Part shown: piece by piece, positions 1-12,175 of the stretch
Numbering within the stretch: position 1 is the stretch's first letter
Layout: each line of letters starts with the position of its first letter
DNA from: Octopus vulgaris
Lineage: Eukaryota
NCBI GenBank assembly: GCA_951406725.2
Contig: OX597820.1
Coordinates: 105,338,001 to 105,402,000, forward strand
Reading direction: 5' to 3'
DNA: 64,000 nt
The notes under the pieces: model-generated
Told to the model about the DNA's origin: nothing
What the model saw: only the letters and a program-made list of their open reading frames with translations
Database searches by the model: none
Made by a program: the position numbers and the translations under genes

Positions 1-1620
1 TTCACTTCCCAGAAACCACAGCTGTTACCATTTCTTTTTATATTATTATAGATTCAGCCTTGCATCCCTTCCTTTTTGACCCATCACTAATCCCTTCCCT
101 CCCCTGTTCCCTGACATACTCACCCAACATCCCCTCTTACTTTTCCCACATCTTTCCACCTAGGATCATTATCCACTATTCTGTTCTCACTCAGCTAAGT
201 TTGCCACTTTTGTTTACTCATTTTTATACTGTTCATTCCTTTTTGCTGCACCACACAAGGTTCATACACTGTCACATTCATGCATCACAGCATACCTTTC
301 TCATTTATTTCTCATCCACTCTGTAGCCTTGTAGATGCAACATACCTCTATTAGACCCTTGGTCAGTCACATATTTAATGGAGAAAGTTGTTTGTACTTT
401 ACAATGCACCAACATGCCTCACTTTCACTCCTGCACATTTCAAAGCATTTAATACTTCAATCACTGGCATATTCAACACTGTATTCAGAATTACTGCACT
501 AACACTGCCTCAGCCATGAGCCCATTTGCATACATACACCATGGTATTATACCTCAACTGCTTTGTTTTCAACACGTCTGTGCTAGCTCGACTCTTTTCC
601 CGACTAGATGCATGTCGGATGTTCACATGCTCTGAGCTCATTTTAGACATAATGTCCCTCTGTTAGACCCCTGTTTGGTCATGTAATAAATAAAGTTACT
701 TGTCTCACACATCACTCCAGTATAGCTGCACTGTCTTTCTTGCTAACCTCAGCAATTACCCATGACAACAGCGCCAGACATGTTGCTTCTAAAAAACCTT
801 CAAGGTACTTCATACACTGCAATCCTGCAGGAAGATCTGCAATATCACCTGAGCTTGCTTTATAGTAAATTTTGATAAGTGCACCTGCACTCATGTATAT
901 GCCCTCACACACATGTAAACACTAACTCATTCCCACACTGCCCAGGTACTGACTGCATATTTTTGCACGCAAAGCCACACCTCTATTTGGACCTATCCAA
1001 GTAGAAAATTGTCCTGTATACACTCCAATGATCCTCTCTCCCGTTATGTGAAAATTTTCCTCGGTCATGTATTTCTTTCTCTTCCTAGATCGTAAGATTT
1101 TTTTTTCTTACAAATTCTCGAGGTGGGGGGTAATGTAGTGACTTCATTTAGGCACAGAGTAGATTCGAACCTGAATCGGTAAATTTTCCATAATATTTAA
1201 ACAGTGTTTTTCTCACAGAAAAGCAATGGTTCCATTTAATATATGGCTTTGCCAGGCTGATTTATATCTTTGCCACTTGACCCTTCTAACTTCATGTATG
1301 CAGTGGAGAATTGAATTGAGATAACAGTCACCCACCTCCCACCAAAGTATATCCATTGTCTTTGCAGTACATCTATTTTTCTGACTAGCTTTATATTGTT
1401 AGGGCATAATTAAATCTCAGAATGAGATTGAAACAGTAATCGCTCGATAATGTAAAGTATAGAAGCCATCTTATCATGGCTAACCACATTGGGGAGGGGG
1501 TGTTACTGTAGCTTTATAGCCCCAAGAGATCTTCGTCTCTAGCTGGCTTTAGACACAATATCTGTGTCCTTGGAGTATTTGTAAAGGGAGGCCATCCCTT
1601 CCTCGCAAGCCTGAGTGATA

Positions 1621-1663
1621 CGCTCGAACTAGTTTCGGGATTGTTGTCCCTCGTCAACGGGTG
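1621..1663 (-). ncRNA. Second copy of the same hammerhead motif (opposite arm)
   Basis: Reverse complement reads cacccg TTGACGA GGGAcaacaaTCCC GAAAC ta GTT cgagcg. Confidence 0.65.
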
Positions 1664-1931
1664 GTAACCACCAGGTAGCGATGAAAGTGAAGGCTCCTTT
1701 GCAAATATATATAAGTTTTTCTAATGGCGTCTGCCACTGATGTCGAAAACAAACAGTAAGCATAATTAAATCTCAGAATGAGATTGAAACAGTAATCGCT
1801 CGATAATGTAAAGTATAGAAGCCATCTTATCATGGCTAACCACATTGGTGAGGGGGTGTTACTGACGCCATTAGAAAAACTTATGTATATTTGCAAAGGA
1901 GCCTTCACTTTCATTGCTACCTGGTGGTTAC

Positions 1932-1973
1932 CGCCCGTTGACGAGGGACAACAATCCCGAAACTAGTTCGAGC
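1932..1973 (+). ncRNA. Minimal type I hammerhead ribozyme motif (U3 variant)
   Basis: gcccg UUGACGA GGGA-caacaa-UCCC GAAAC ua GUU cgagc: stem II 4 bp, palindromic stem III ACUAGU, stem I gcccg/cgagc with one C-A mismatch; predicted cleavage after 1968. Confidence 0.7.
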
Positions 1974-3933
1974 ATATCACTCAGGCTTGCGAGGAAGGGA
2001 TGGCCTCCCTTTGCAAATACTCCAAGGACACAGATATTGTGTCTAAAGCCAGCTAGAGACGAAGATCTCTTGGGGCTATAAAGCTACAGTAACACCCCCT
2101 CCCCAATGTGGTTAGCCATGATAAGATGGCTTCTATACTTTACTTTATATTGTTATAAATACTAGAACTCTGTAAGCCAAAATCAGTTAGTGAATGGAAG
2201 CAACTAGAGATGGCTACAGGCAGACAGCCACTTAAGACAAAGGGAGAAAGAAAACAATCAGTCACTATGATACTTACAACTTCCCTTGACTCTATAGCTT
2301 TCACTCGCTCACTTTCTTTACTCTACAACATTACCCTATCTCTATCTGTGGTTTACTACTACACAATGATGAGAACAGAAACTCACCTAGACAAGGGAAA
2401 TCTACAATATGTAACGGTAAATAAATGTTTGTTTACAACTTGGATCCCTGTTCTTCTTTCATCTTGCACATCTGCAAAAGCAACAACAGTTACAATTGGT
2501 GACTGCCAAATCCAACATATATCATCACAATTCCCGTTACAACAACCACGAAACTTACAAAAACCAATCTTGTTTTCTAACCCAAACACATAAACACGTA
2601 AAGCATGTAACTAACAAAGTTGCAACAAATACTTAATCTTTTTTCATCCTAAACGCATAAAAAACTGCATTACAAAGACTGGCCTTCCTCTTTAAGGCCA
2701 CAAAATACCTCAACTCCCAGACCATTTTAGCAGCTTTATAGGCCCCAGGGCAAATCAATGCACTAGGCCCTATAGTATTCTTTAGTGACAGCAAACCACA
2801 ACATATGTAGATCAGAATTGGACCCTTAGACCAGTGGGGCCGTGGGGCAACAGCAGAGTGTGCAGATACTTTAATGTGGCTGTGCTTAGTTCCCTAAAAT
2901 TACTAATTCCATATAAAATTTGAGTGAGACCTACAATGAAATATTGCTCCTATTTCTGCATCAATATCACAGCTACATATATAAACATTCTAGACAGCAT
3001 CTTTCAAAAGTTTTCTCAAGTCACTTGTCAATATTCACCAACTTCTCCCTCTCCTACTTCTATTATGGCAGCCACTGTTCTTCACAATGTGATGCTTTAC
3101 CTCTATTTAGGTCTGCCCAATCACCATCACTCATATTATGTCCCCCACCAAGGCTTCCATACTTGCCAGTAAAGCCAATCCAACCTTTCCAATCATCCAG
3201 AAATTCTTCACCATTCATGTTTTTCCTATAGCAGTTAACATACAGTTCAAGAACATTAACTGCTTTGATTTCACTCTTCTGGAGGCTATAAAGAGGCCAT
3301 GGGCAAAAGCCCTTCATTCAAACCAAACCATTAACAAAAATATATATATATTTCAGTCCCACTGCACAGCACATTGGGCAAATATCTTCTACTGCAGCCT
3401 GGGGCCAATCAAAGCTTTGTGAGTGGATTTGATGAATGGAAACTGAGAGAAGCTCATTGTATATACATATATGTGTGTACCCTTTTCTTGATATCACATG
3501 ATACTTGTAAATGAACATGATTGTCAGTGAGGCTGTTCATTTCCAGTCTTCTATGAAAAACATGTTGGGCCATGGGAAAATATTACCTTGCCTAGAAAAA
3601 GGTAAGAGTTGGTGGTAAGAAGGGCATCCAGCTTTAGAAAATCTATTGCAATAAATTCTGTCTGACCCATGCAAGCATGGTGAAGTGGACATTAAATGAT
3701 GATGAAGATTGGCTATCTTTCCCATATACAAAAATGAGAAATGTTCAAAACTCTACAAACTTTCAAGCAATACTTCCACTGCTTTCAGAAGTGAATTATA
3801 CCTTCTCAAGGTATATTTTTACATATAGATGGCTTAGGATATTGAGACTTTAAGAGTCTATGACTGAGAAGTACAAGAGAGAAAATATGAACCACTGACC
3901 AAAAGTTGACTAATAGTAATATTCTATCAGCTA

Positions 3934-4160
3934 AAGGCTGTGAGCTGGCAGAATTGTTAGCATGCCGTGCAAAATGTTTAGTGGCATTTCATCTGTCTTT
4001 ATGACCTGAGTTCAGATTCTGCTGAGGTTGACTTTGACTTTGTTTACATCCCTTTGGGGTTTGGGGGTTAATAAAGTAAGTACCAGTTGAATATTGGAGG
4101 TTGATGTAACTGACTTACCCCTCCCCTAAATCTGCTGGCCTTGTGTCAAATTTTGAAATC
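3934..4160 (+). mobile_element. tRNA-derived SINE (Meta-domain-like octopus family), decayed
   Basis: gagctggcagaattgttagca...gagttcagattc...gactttg...catccctttgggg...taagtaccag; same family recurs at ~4637-4847, 5377-5590, 14080-14302, 15966-16194, 51022-51215, 51737-51935, 52680-52975. Confidence 0.7.
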
Positions 4161-6080
4161 AATATTCTATCAACTGAGCAAGCTATATCTTATTTTTTTG
4201 AGATGCATACACCTGCTTACAAAGATACGTGCAGGCACGCATGGAAGTATTCAGAGTATGAATAGGTAGAATCCTATAGTATACCCTTTTACTTGTTTTA
4301 CTCATTGGACTGTAACCATGCTGGAGTACCACGTTGCAAGGTTAGTTGAACAAATTGATCCCAGTACACATTTTAAGTCTGGTATTTATTCTATCAGTGT
4401 CTCTTGCTGACCTGTTAAGTTACAGGGATTTAAACAAACCAGTTGTCAAATGGTGGGGATGGACAAACACAAACATGTACACACACACACACACACATAC
4501 ATATATAATTGACTTCTTATAGTTTTCATCTACCAAATTAAGTCAGAGGACATTGGCTGGTGCAGTGATTGTGAAGTGATGCATTACAATTATAAGAATA
4601 GAATGTATAAGCTTCTCATAATACATAAATTATTGATCTCAAATTATGGTACAAGACCAGCAATTTCAGGGGAGAGCTAAATTGATTGCATTGATGCCAA
4701 TACACAACTGGTACTTATTTTATCAACCCCAAAAGGATGAAAAGCAAAGTCAACCTTGGTGGAATTTGGACTCAGAACGTGAAGATGGATGAAAGCTGCT
4801 AAGCATTTCATCCAGTGGGTTAATGATTCTGCAAGTTCACCACTTTAACATAAATTATTGAATATATATTTAGTTTCCTTGTGAATCAATTTTGTGGCCA
4901 AAGTTAAGGTTTAAGAAAAATAAAACACTGTCTAGATTACGCAGGTCTTAACTGCAAGTAGCTGAGATACTTAACTGCTAGTAACTGAGAGGTTGGAAAA
5001 AATCATGATTTTTCTTTCTTAATTATTATTTTTCTCATTTGTATATACTTGTAGGTATACCAGGGGTGACTGGTTAAGAAGTTGGCTTCACAACCACAAG
5101 GTCTCAGGTACAATCTTATTGCCTAGCATCTTGGAAAAAATTTCATTTGCTATTGCCTCAGATTGACCCATTATCTTGTGAGTAATGGGTTGATGGAAAC
5201 TGTACAGAAGCCTGCCATGTGTATTGTGCATGTAATTCCTGAGAATTAAGGATAGAAATGTCTATGGAATACTCAGCCACATACATGTTAATTCAGTTGA
5301 TTAATTGTATCCTCACTGCTGAAATACAGAGATCCACTGCCACCACTTTCTAAAATTCTGTCTGAGATCAAATTATGGTTTCAAATTTTGGCACAAGGTC
5401 AGTGATTTTTAGAAGGAGTTCAGTCAATCATATTGACTCCAATACATAACTAGTACTTTATTTTATCTGCATTAAAAGGATGAAAACGAAGTTGACCACA
5501 GTAGGATTTGAAATCAGAACCTAAAGAGTCAGAACAAATGCTACTAACCATTTTTCCAATGTGCAAATGATTCTGCCAGCTTGCTGCCTTAATCTGAGAT
5601 CAACTAATAATATGGAGTTGATGTATGTCTAATGGTCTGTTGGGCAATCTAAAAATTTGCATTGAATAAGGTAAGAGTATATTAGCTGTATGTATCTATA
5701 ATGTAAGTCCTGTTCTCTGTGTGAGTATATGTGTGCATATGTGTGTATGTAAAAGATTATAACAGCAGTATTTTCAACTGATTTTCTCCAAACTGGGAAC
5801 ATACATTTATAATATAAATCCTGTTCTGTATGTGTGTAAAAGAATATAACGGCCATATTTTTCAACTGATTTTTTCCAAACTGGGAACATACATTACTTA
5901 TGTTCCAGAGATGGCTTTAGACTCTTAACATTTTTCACATAATGATTAACAGGCCTCCTGGGGGCAGAAAATATCCGTTCTGGTGTTCTGTGGAGAAGGG
6001 AGGTAACTCTTTATGAAGTAACTTCCAGAAACTGATTGTCCCCCCTTACATCCACTGGTCAAAAAATTATCACAATTTCA

Positions 6081-7340
6081 TCTAATATATAAAATAGAGA
6101 TGCATGTATTCACTTTTCACACATATCTCTATCTTTATATACCTCTCTAACCATCTCTATCTCTATAACTATCTATCTATCTATCTGTCTATGTCTTATC
6201 TATCTTATTTGTCTAACTAACTAGCTCTCTCTTCCCCTCTCTCTATATCTTACTCTGTTGTTTTCAATTTCATTTTTGAGATGCTATTGTTTTCACTGTA
6301 AGTTTTCAATCACTATTTACAAACAACAGTGACAAATTACTGACAGAAAGAGGTTCACCATTACTGATGAAAGTAATTTCATGCATAATTTACTGACAGA
6401 AGTAACTTCATAAATTTCATTTCAATCTGTACACTTAATTAATTTTCCTAAAAATTTCTTATTTACTTTTGCAACAGTTTTGTATTTTTCTGTTGTTTAT
6501 AGCTTTTTTCTGGTTCCTTCAACAGTGGCTCTTTGGTTCACTAAGTGACAAATTTCACTTCAACCTGTACAATTCTTTATTTTCCATAAAAATTTCTTAT
6601 TTACTTTCTGCATGTTGTATTAAGAAATATAATTTCTGTTACACAGTTATTTTCATTGTTTGCTATATTCTGCACCTGTGTATTTCAGTATACATATATA
6701 ACCATGCCTAGAAGAAAAGTGTCAAATTTGACTACAATGTCAAGGTCAGCCAACAGAATGTTTCTGGCCAGGGAAAGAGAGACAGCAGCAGAAATGGAAG
6801 CATACCAAGAAATGAACAGACTGTGCACTACAAAAGCCAGAGCATCTCAAAGTGATGAATAGAAGTATGCACGGCTGACAAGGAATAGGATCTCCACTGC
6901 AGAACAAAAAGCAGTTGCAACAGCTCAGAGAAGCAACTTCTATAAAGCAGCTTTCAATTATGATCCAGTAGCTCATTTTGAGATGACACTAGAGTTTCCA
7001 TTGGTGCAATGACAAGAGAGTGCATACATTGTAAAGAAAGGAAGTGACCTGGAGAGACACTTACACTGTGCTGCAGTGGTGGAAAGGTTGAACTCCTTGC
7101 AATCCCATGACCTCCAGAGGAATTGAAGAGACTGTTGTCATCAACTGACCAAGATTCCAAGCACTTCCAAAACAGAATTATGCAATACAATGCTGCATTA
7201 CAGATGACATCATTTGGAGCCAAAAGAGATATATAACTGAGCCAGGATTCATGCAAACTTTCAAGATCCAGGTCAGATTTATCATCAGATTGGCTCTCTA
7301 CTACCTCTATCAAATGGATCACCAAAATCGGCATTTCATT
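6081..7340 (+). mobile_element. Helitron 5' portion with degenerate Rep N-terminal coding sequence
   Basis: 5' end a|TCTAATATATAAAA at 6081. 6990-7310 translates, with stops and frameshifts, to IGAMTRECIHCKERK*PGETLTLCCSGGKV...SKHFQNRIMQYNAALQMTSFGA...GFMQTFKIQ.QIYHQIGSLLP, the Helitron Rep N-terminal signature. Confidence 0.85.
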
Positions 7341-8244
7341 CTTTATAATCTGAACCTATTTTTTGGTTATGTAATAAGCTACACAAAACATGTTTTTGAA
7401 TTATGTGTGTTTACTTTATATACATATATGAGTTGAAAACTTTCTTTTAACATTTCACTTAACGTCTGTGTTCCATGCTGGCATGGGTTGGAGAGTTATT
7501 AATGTAGAAAGTTGGTATCTCAGCTACTACCAGTTAAGACCTGCGGAATCTAGACAGCGTTTATATATATATATATACTCAAAATAAGCAACAAGAATAT
7601 CTTCGGTAATTTGGTACGATCGTTTCATGCTACATCATTTTACAATGCTAAATGATCACATTGAACAACCATATACTAAATAGTTATAGCAAATACAGAG
7701 ATTCCTTTACACATATACTACAAACATATACAAATATGCATCCGCTTTGATCTATAAGATTATACTTGGCTATTAGGTGTTGATTATTTTAATACGTTGG
7801 ATTAATAGAGAATTATAAATCTAATATTTATTAATTTTGGAGAAAAAAAACCTATCATTTATTATGAGTAGACATAATATTCAATAACTATGGACAGAAG
7901 TCTTATTAATTAAGTGAATATATTAGGGGTCAATGATATATATTAGGAAAAGCGGAAGAGGAGTAATCAAGATGAGTCATTTTCTTAGGTTTAGTAGATG
8001 GTGATTCATTTTTAGGAAGAGAAGTAATCAAGAAGAGTAAATTTCTTAGATTTAGTAGATGGTGATTTGTTATTAATGAATTAAATTAAAGAATCTAATC
8101 AGTTAGGTAGGAAATTAAAGAAACTAATCAGTTAGGTAGGAATATCCGGGGTCAATGATATATTAAAAAATGGAGGTGAGGTAATCAAGATGGACTGAGT
8201 AGTTTCCTTATAGACATAGAATTTTTACTATTTAATATAGGAGA

Positions 8245-9798
8245 CTAGCTTAAGGTGACCCACTCTACGCACGGGTAAGAGTATGGTTGTTACTTTCTGC
8301 TTTTTATCACCACATTCTCCCTCTTTGTTTTGCTCTCCTTTCTCTCTCACTTTCCCACTCTCTTAATTTTCCTCTCTCTCGGACACTCCCTTGCTTTCTC
8401 TTACTCTCTATCTTTCTCTATTTATCTCTCTCCCATTTATAAACAACAAAAGATCTTGAGTAAGTTCAGAAAGAATATATTTTAAAAGATCAATCATAAA
8501 TATCAGGCAGTGACAACGGAAAGGTCTGCTTCAAGGCAGACAGCAAAACACTAACATTTAAAAGGGACAGACGAACTTGTGAGCTGAATAAAATTTTTAA
8601 AATATTGGAAACCAAAGTTTGAAGGGATAGAATCTGAGAATAGTAGAGTCACCATGGCTGGCATTTCTTAATGACAGACAGCAACGTAGTGGCAGTTTAA
8701 GGCTGGCATAAAATTTTGAACTTGATGTAAAAGAAAATTCGTAAACACCAAGTTTTGAAGTGATTCTTTCTCACGACAGTAGACTCACCATGGCAAGCAT
8801 TCAAAACTTCTTCATCATGGATGCCAACACATTGACGATTTAAAGGCTGGCGCAAATTTTTTAGCTTGATGTAACAGAGAATTTCTAAACACCTGCTCCT
8901 GTAAATTTTAATCCCCTTCCAGCCCCATTTAGACCCTTTTTCACATTTTGGTTAATATAAGCTGATTTCATTCGGGTCTACTCGGGCCACATTTTATAAG
9001 ATGAGGAATTTTGTCCTAGAGGTCACGCCTTTCATTTGAGGAAAAAATTTTTCCCATGCAAACTCGGCAGCACTTGTAACATAGGTGTGCATTTTTTCAG
9101 CTCAACCGACCACATAATGCACACATTATATATATACACAATTAATATATATATGTACATATATACGCATTATATATATATGTGTGTGTATACACATATA
9201 TACAAATGTATATACAAATATATATATATATATAAATACAGATACATACACTTTGTATATATACATTATATATAAATATTTATATATAGAACGCACACAC
9301 ATATAAATTAACCCAATAAATATCTGATTCATAATATTTGTTCTCATGATTGAGCAGTGGTGGTGGCGATAATAATTCTCTCTATGAATGCAGACAGACA
9401 TAGAGAGAGTGTGTGAAAGTGCTGTCGAAGGCGGCAGGGGAAGATATAGGATGCTGTGAAACAACGTTGAAGAGAGAAAGTGAAGGGAAGGGTGGTAGAC
9501 GCTGTGAAACGATGTTATAGAGAGAAGGTGAAAGGAAGGGAGAAAAGAGAGTGAGAGATGGAGAAAGACAGACACATAAAAGAATGAGAGTAGACTTGTC
9601 AAAGTGTGCATTTTTGGCCCTAGCAACGACACCTTTTAAGATGGGGACTTCTAACCTAGCCCACTCGCATCCTCACCTCATTTTACATGTCCCTGTAAAT
9701 TTTGGAGTCAATCCAACGGGATCTAGTGGCCTTTAACCCGTTCTAATGTCAAAACCAGACAAAGAAACATTTTGCATTTCAGAATTATAATATAGAGA
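8245..9798 (-). mobile_element. Non-autonomous Helitron
   Basis: On - strand: starts a|TCTCTATATTATAA (9798) and ends with hairpin acccgtgcgtagagtgggt followed by CTAG|t (8245); internal microsatellite-like tracts. Confidence 0.65.
9125..9305. repeat. Degenerate (TA)/(CA) microsatellite tract
   Basis: Directly visible; similar (TA)n and (TG)n tracts at ~10163-10208, 58421-58498, 63086-63116, 63528-63560. Confidence 0.9.
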
Positions 9799-10172
9799 TT
9801 ATCAGGAAAAAAAAAAAGAGAGACAGAATTTAATTCTAAATATGCAATGAAGTTTTTTTGTAATCTGTGCATGTTGAATAAAAGCTAGTATGGTATATTC
9901 ATTCTTATTTAGTTATAAAGAATTAGAATTTGAAAATATAGGAATGGTCACAATATTATTATTTAAAATATTTAAACGTACGGGTTGTGCAATGTATGCA
10001 AGATACTCCTAGTTCAGAACAGTTATTTAACAAATTTGTATTGTTCTTATGTTTTCAAATTTCATGTTTCCATAGAACAAAGTTCACAACCATCTCTACT
10101 ATTTTTATAAGGCCGTGCTTTCCTTACTATATCCCATTTCAGGATAAATTCTATATTATTTTTATATATATG

Positions 10173-10208
<36 letters not shown>

Positions 10209-10217
10209 CATAAGGAT

Positions 10218-10411
10218 TAAGGATGTTCTGAAAAGTTTCTGCTTTGGGGTAAAGAAAATACAGGAGGATCAGTTTCCCCTTTAGATTCACACATTTATTG
10301 AAGTGGTTCTTCCGTTTTTCTAAGCCCTGTAAAAGATCTCAGAAGGTTGGGCCTCCAATCAGGCCTTTTGCAATACCCTTAAAGCCAGGAATTTTTCAGT
10401 TCCCCCTAGTA
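10218..10411. mobile_element. Mariner-derived MITE
   Basis: Imperfect terminal inverted repeats (ctgaaaagtttctgcttt / aaagccaggaatttttcag); further copies at ~21826-22030 and ~53540-53727. Confidence 0.65.
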
Positions 10412-11732
10412 TAATGGCTTTTAGCTTTTGTTCAAAGCCCAATGATGTCTGACAGCTTGATATCAAGGAGCTGTTTGTTTTCCGTTTTTGGACCATAAAG
10501 TTCTATTCATCTTTTATCCTCACTTTTGCTTCACCTCATTGTTACTCTGAGTTTCACATACAAGTTTTGCAGATACATAAATGGAATTAATTCATTTCAT
10601 ATATGTTAGCTACTACTGCTGTTGCTACTCACACAAGAATCCTAGATATCGTCCAACAAAGGTTTAATCACCTGTGTACTATAATTTCTGGCTCAAAGAC
10701 ATCTTGTCTCTTATGTCAACCTCTTCTCCAACTATTACAACAATTTCTACATGTTTGAACTGATAAAGATTTTGCTATTCTCATATACTCCTCTCTCTCT
10801 CTGGATATCTTCTTACATCCTCTACCCTACAATCTTATTATAGACACTTGGGTCATTTATCATTATTCTCTCCACTGAAATTTGCACTCTTCCTGTTTGT
10901 AGGTACAACCATGTAATACTGGGTTTGATTTATGTAATACTTGAAGCAAGTACTCTATGTCAGTTGAGGGAAAAAAAAAACGAATATAAAACTAACAGAT
11001 GAAAGTGTGTGTTAAGATGGATTGGTAGAATCACAGAAAATGCATTGGTTTTTCATTTTCCAAGTTTAAGTCTCACTGAGGTCAACTTTGCATTTCATCC
11101 TTCTGGTCAGTGAATTGGCAGAATTGTTGGAGTTTAGGGCAGACATTGCTTGCAGTATTTATTCCAGATTTTTCGTGTTCTGAGCTCAAATACAACACTA
11201 GAACCAAGTTGTATTAGCCCATTCCTCCCCCTTGAATCAAGTGTTCTCAAAATGACATAAATCAGTCCATCTCTCACCACTACCACCCAAAAATTGTCCT
11301 TCTTCATCCTTATTAAAGAAAAAACAAAATGGTTTACATTGATAATAGTTCTTTTGTAAGGACGGACAAGTTTAGAAAGTTTAAAACTATCTCAGTTTTA
11401 TTAAACATGGCAAGTTATCAACCACCCCACTTTTCAATCTTTACACTGGAAGAGTAGCTCGCCTCCTGTGAAAAACAGTCTTAATGATGGCAAGAAGAGG
11501 GGAGGGGTGCTGCTTGGAAAACTACTGGTCTTCATTAAAGATTTTTGCTTTAGAGATGAGATCCACAAGTGCAGATTTATGGTCAAACTTCGACCCTTGA
11601 CCGACAGAGATCTAGAGATATTCATCTTATCAACATCAGATGAAGTAAAACCCAACATCAATTTGGGGCGAAATTACATAAACGACATTGAGTTTAGCAT
11701 ACTGCTTATATTTATAGTGTTGATAATAGAAA

Positions 11733-12046
11733 TAATCCTTTCTAATAGATGCACAAGGCCTCATATTTGGAGGAAGGGATTAAGTCGATTACATCAACCT
11801 CAGTGCGTAACTGGTATTTATTTAATCAACCCCAAAAGGATGCACAAGGGCCGAAATTTTTTGGGGTAGGGGATTAAGTCGATTAGATCAATCCCAGTAC
11901 ACAACTGGTGCTTAATTTTTCGAACCCGAAAGGGATGAAAGGTAAAGTCGACCTCGGCAGAATTTGAACTCAGAACATAAAGACAGACAAAAATACTGCT
12001 AAGCATTTCGCCAGGCGTGCTAACGTTTCTGCCAGCTCACTGCCTT
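11733..12046 (-). mobile_element. tRNA-derived SINE (Meta-like), well preserved, with partial tandem duplication of its 3' half
   Basis: - strand ggcagtgagctggcagaaacgttagcacgcc...gagttcaaattctgccgaggtcgactttacctttcatccctttcggg; gggattaagtcgatta occurs twice. Confidence 0.8.
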
Positions 12047-12129
12047 ATAATAAATAGCTACAGCCATAAATTAATACAGTTTTTATATTAATATGAAAGT
12101 AATACATATTTTGTTTGGTTATCGCCCTT

Positions 12130-12175
12130 GTTTCCGTCACTTCCGGAAGCCACATCCGTAATTTGGAAGATGGCG
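12130..12175 (+). promoter_or_regulatory. Probable MTR4 core promoter: ETS-type palindrome CTTCCGGAAG and YY1-like AAGATGGCG overlapping the start codon
   Basis: tttccgtcaCTTCCGGAAGccacatccgtaatttggAAGATGGCGtcc; locally CpG-retaining; typical of metazoan housekeeping promoters. Confidence 0.55.

Larger units (their letters stand above)
1402..2143. mobile_element. Retrozyme-like or Penelope-associated insertion: 356-bp tandem unit with inverted copy, flanked by a 13-bp target-site duplication
   Basis: 1404-1508 repeated at 1760-1864 (period 356); 1452-1731 inverted at 1864-2143; CTTTATATTGTTA at 1389-1401 and 2143-2155. Confidence 0.75.

Noticed and set aside
1585-1625. HDV-like ribozyme suggested by the TCCTCGC loop sequence
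   Set aside because: P3, P1 and P1.1 pairings could not be completed; the hammerhead on the opposite sense explains the element better.
3243-3286. Possible 42-nt minus-strand micro-exon (LQKSEIKAVNVLEL) with ag/gt borders
   Set aside because: Isolated, with no partner exons or homology that I could recognise; compatible with chance.
5697-5895. Imperfect tandem duplication of ~90-110 bp
   Set aside because: Ordinary local duplication with no structure or coding signal.
11400-11869. 133-aa + ORF and 75-aa - ORF just upstream of MTR4, a possible divergent neighbour gene
   Set aside because: No recognisable domain, non-ATG starts, no convincing splice sites, and the + ORF runs into a SINE.
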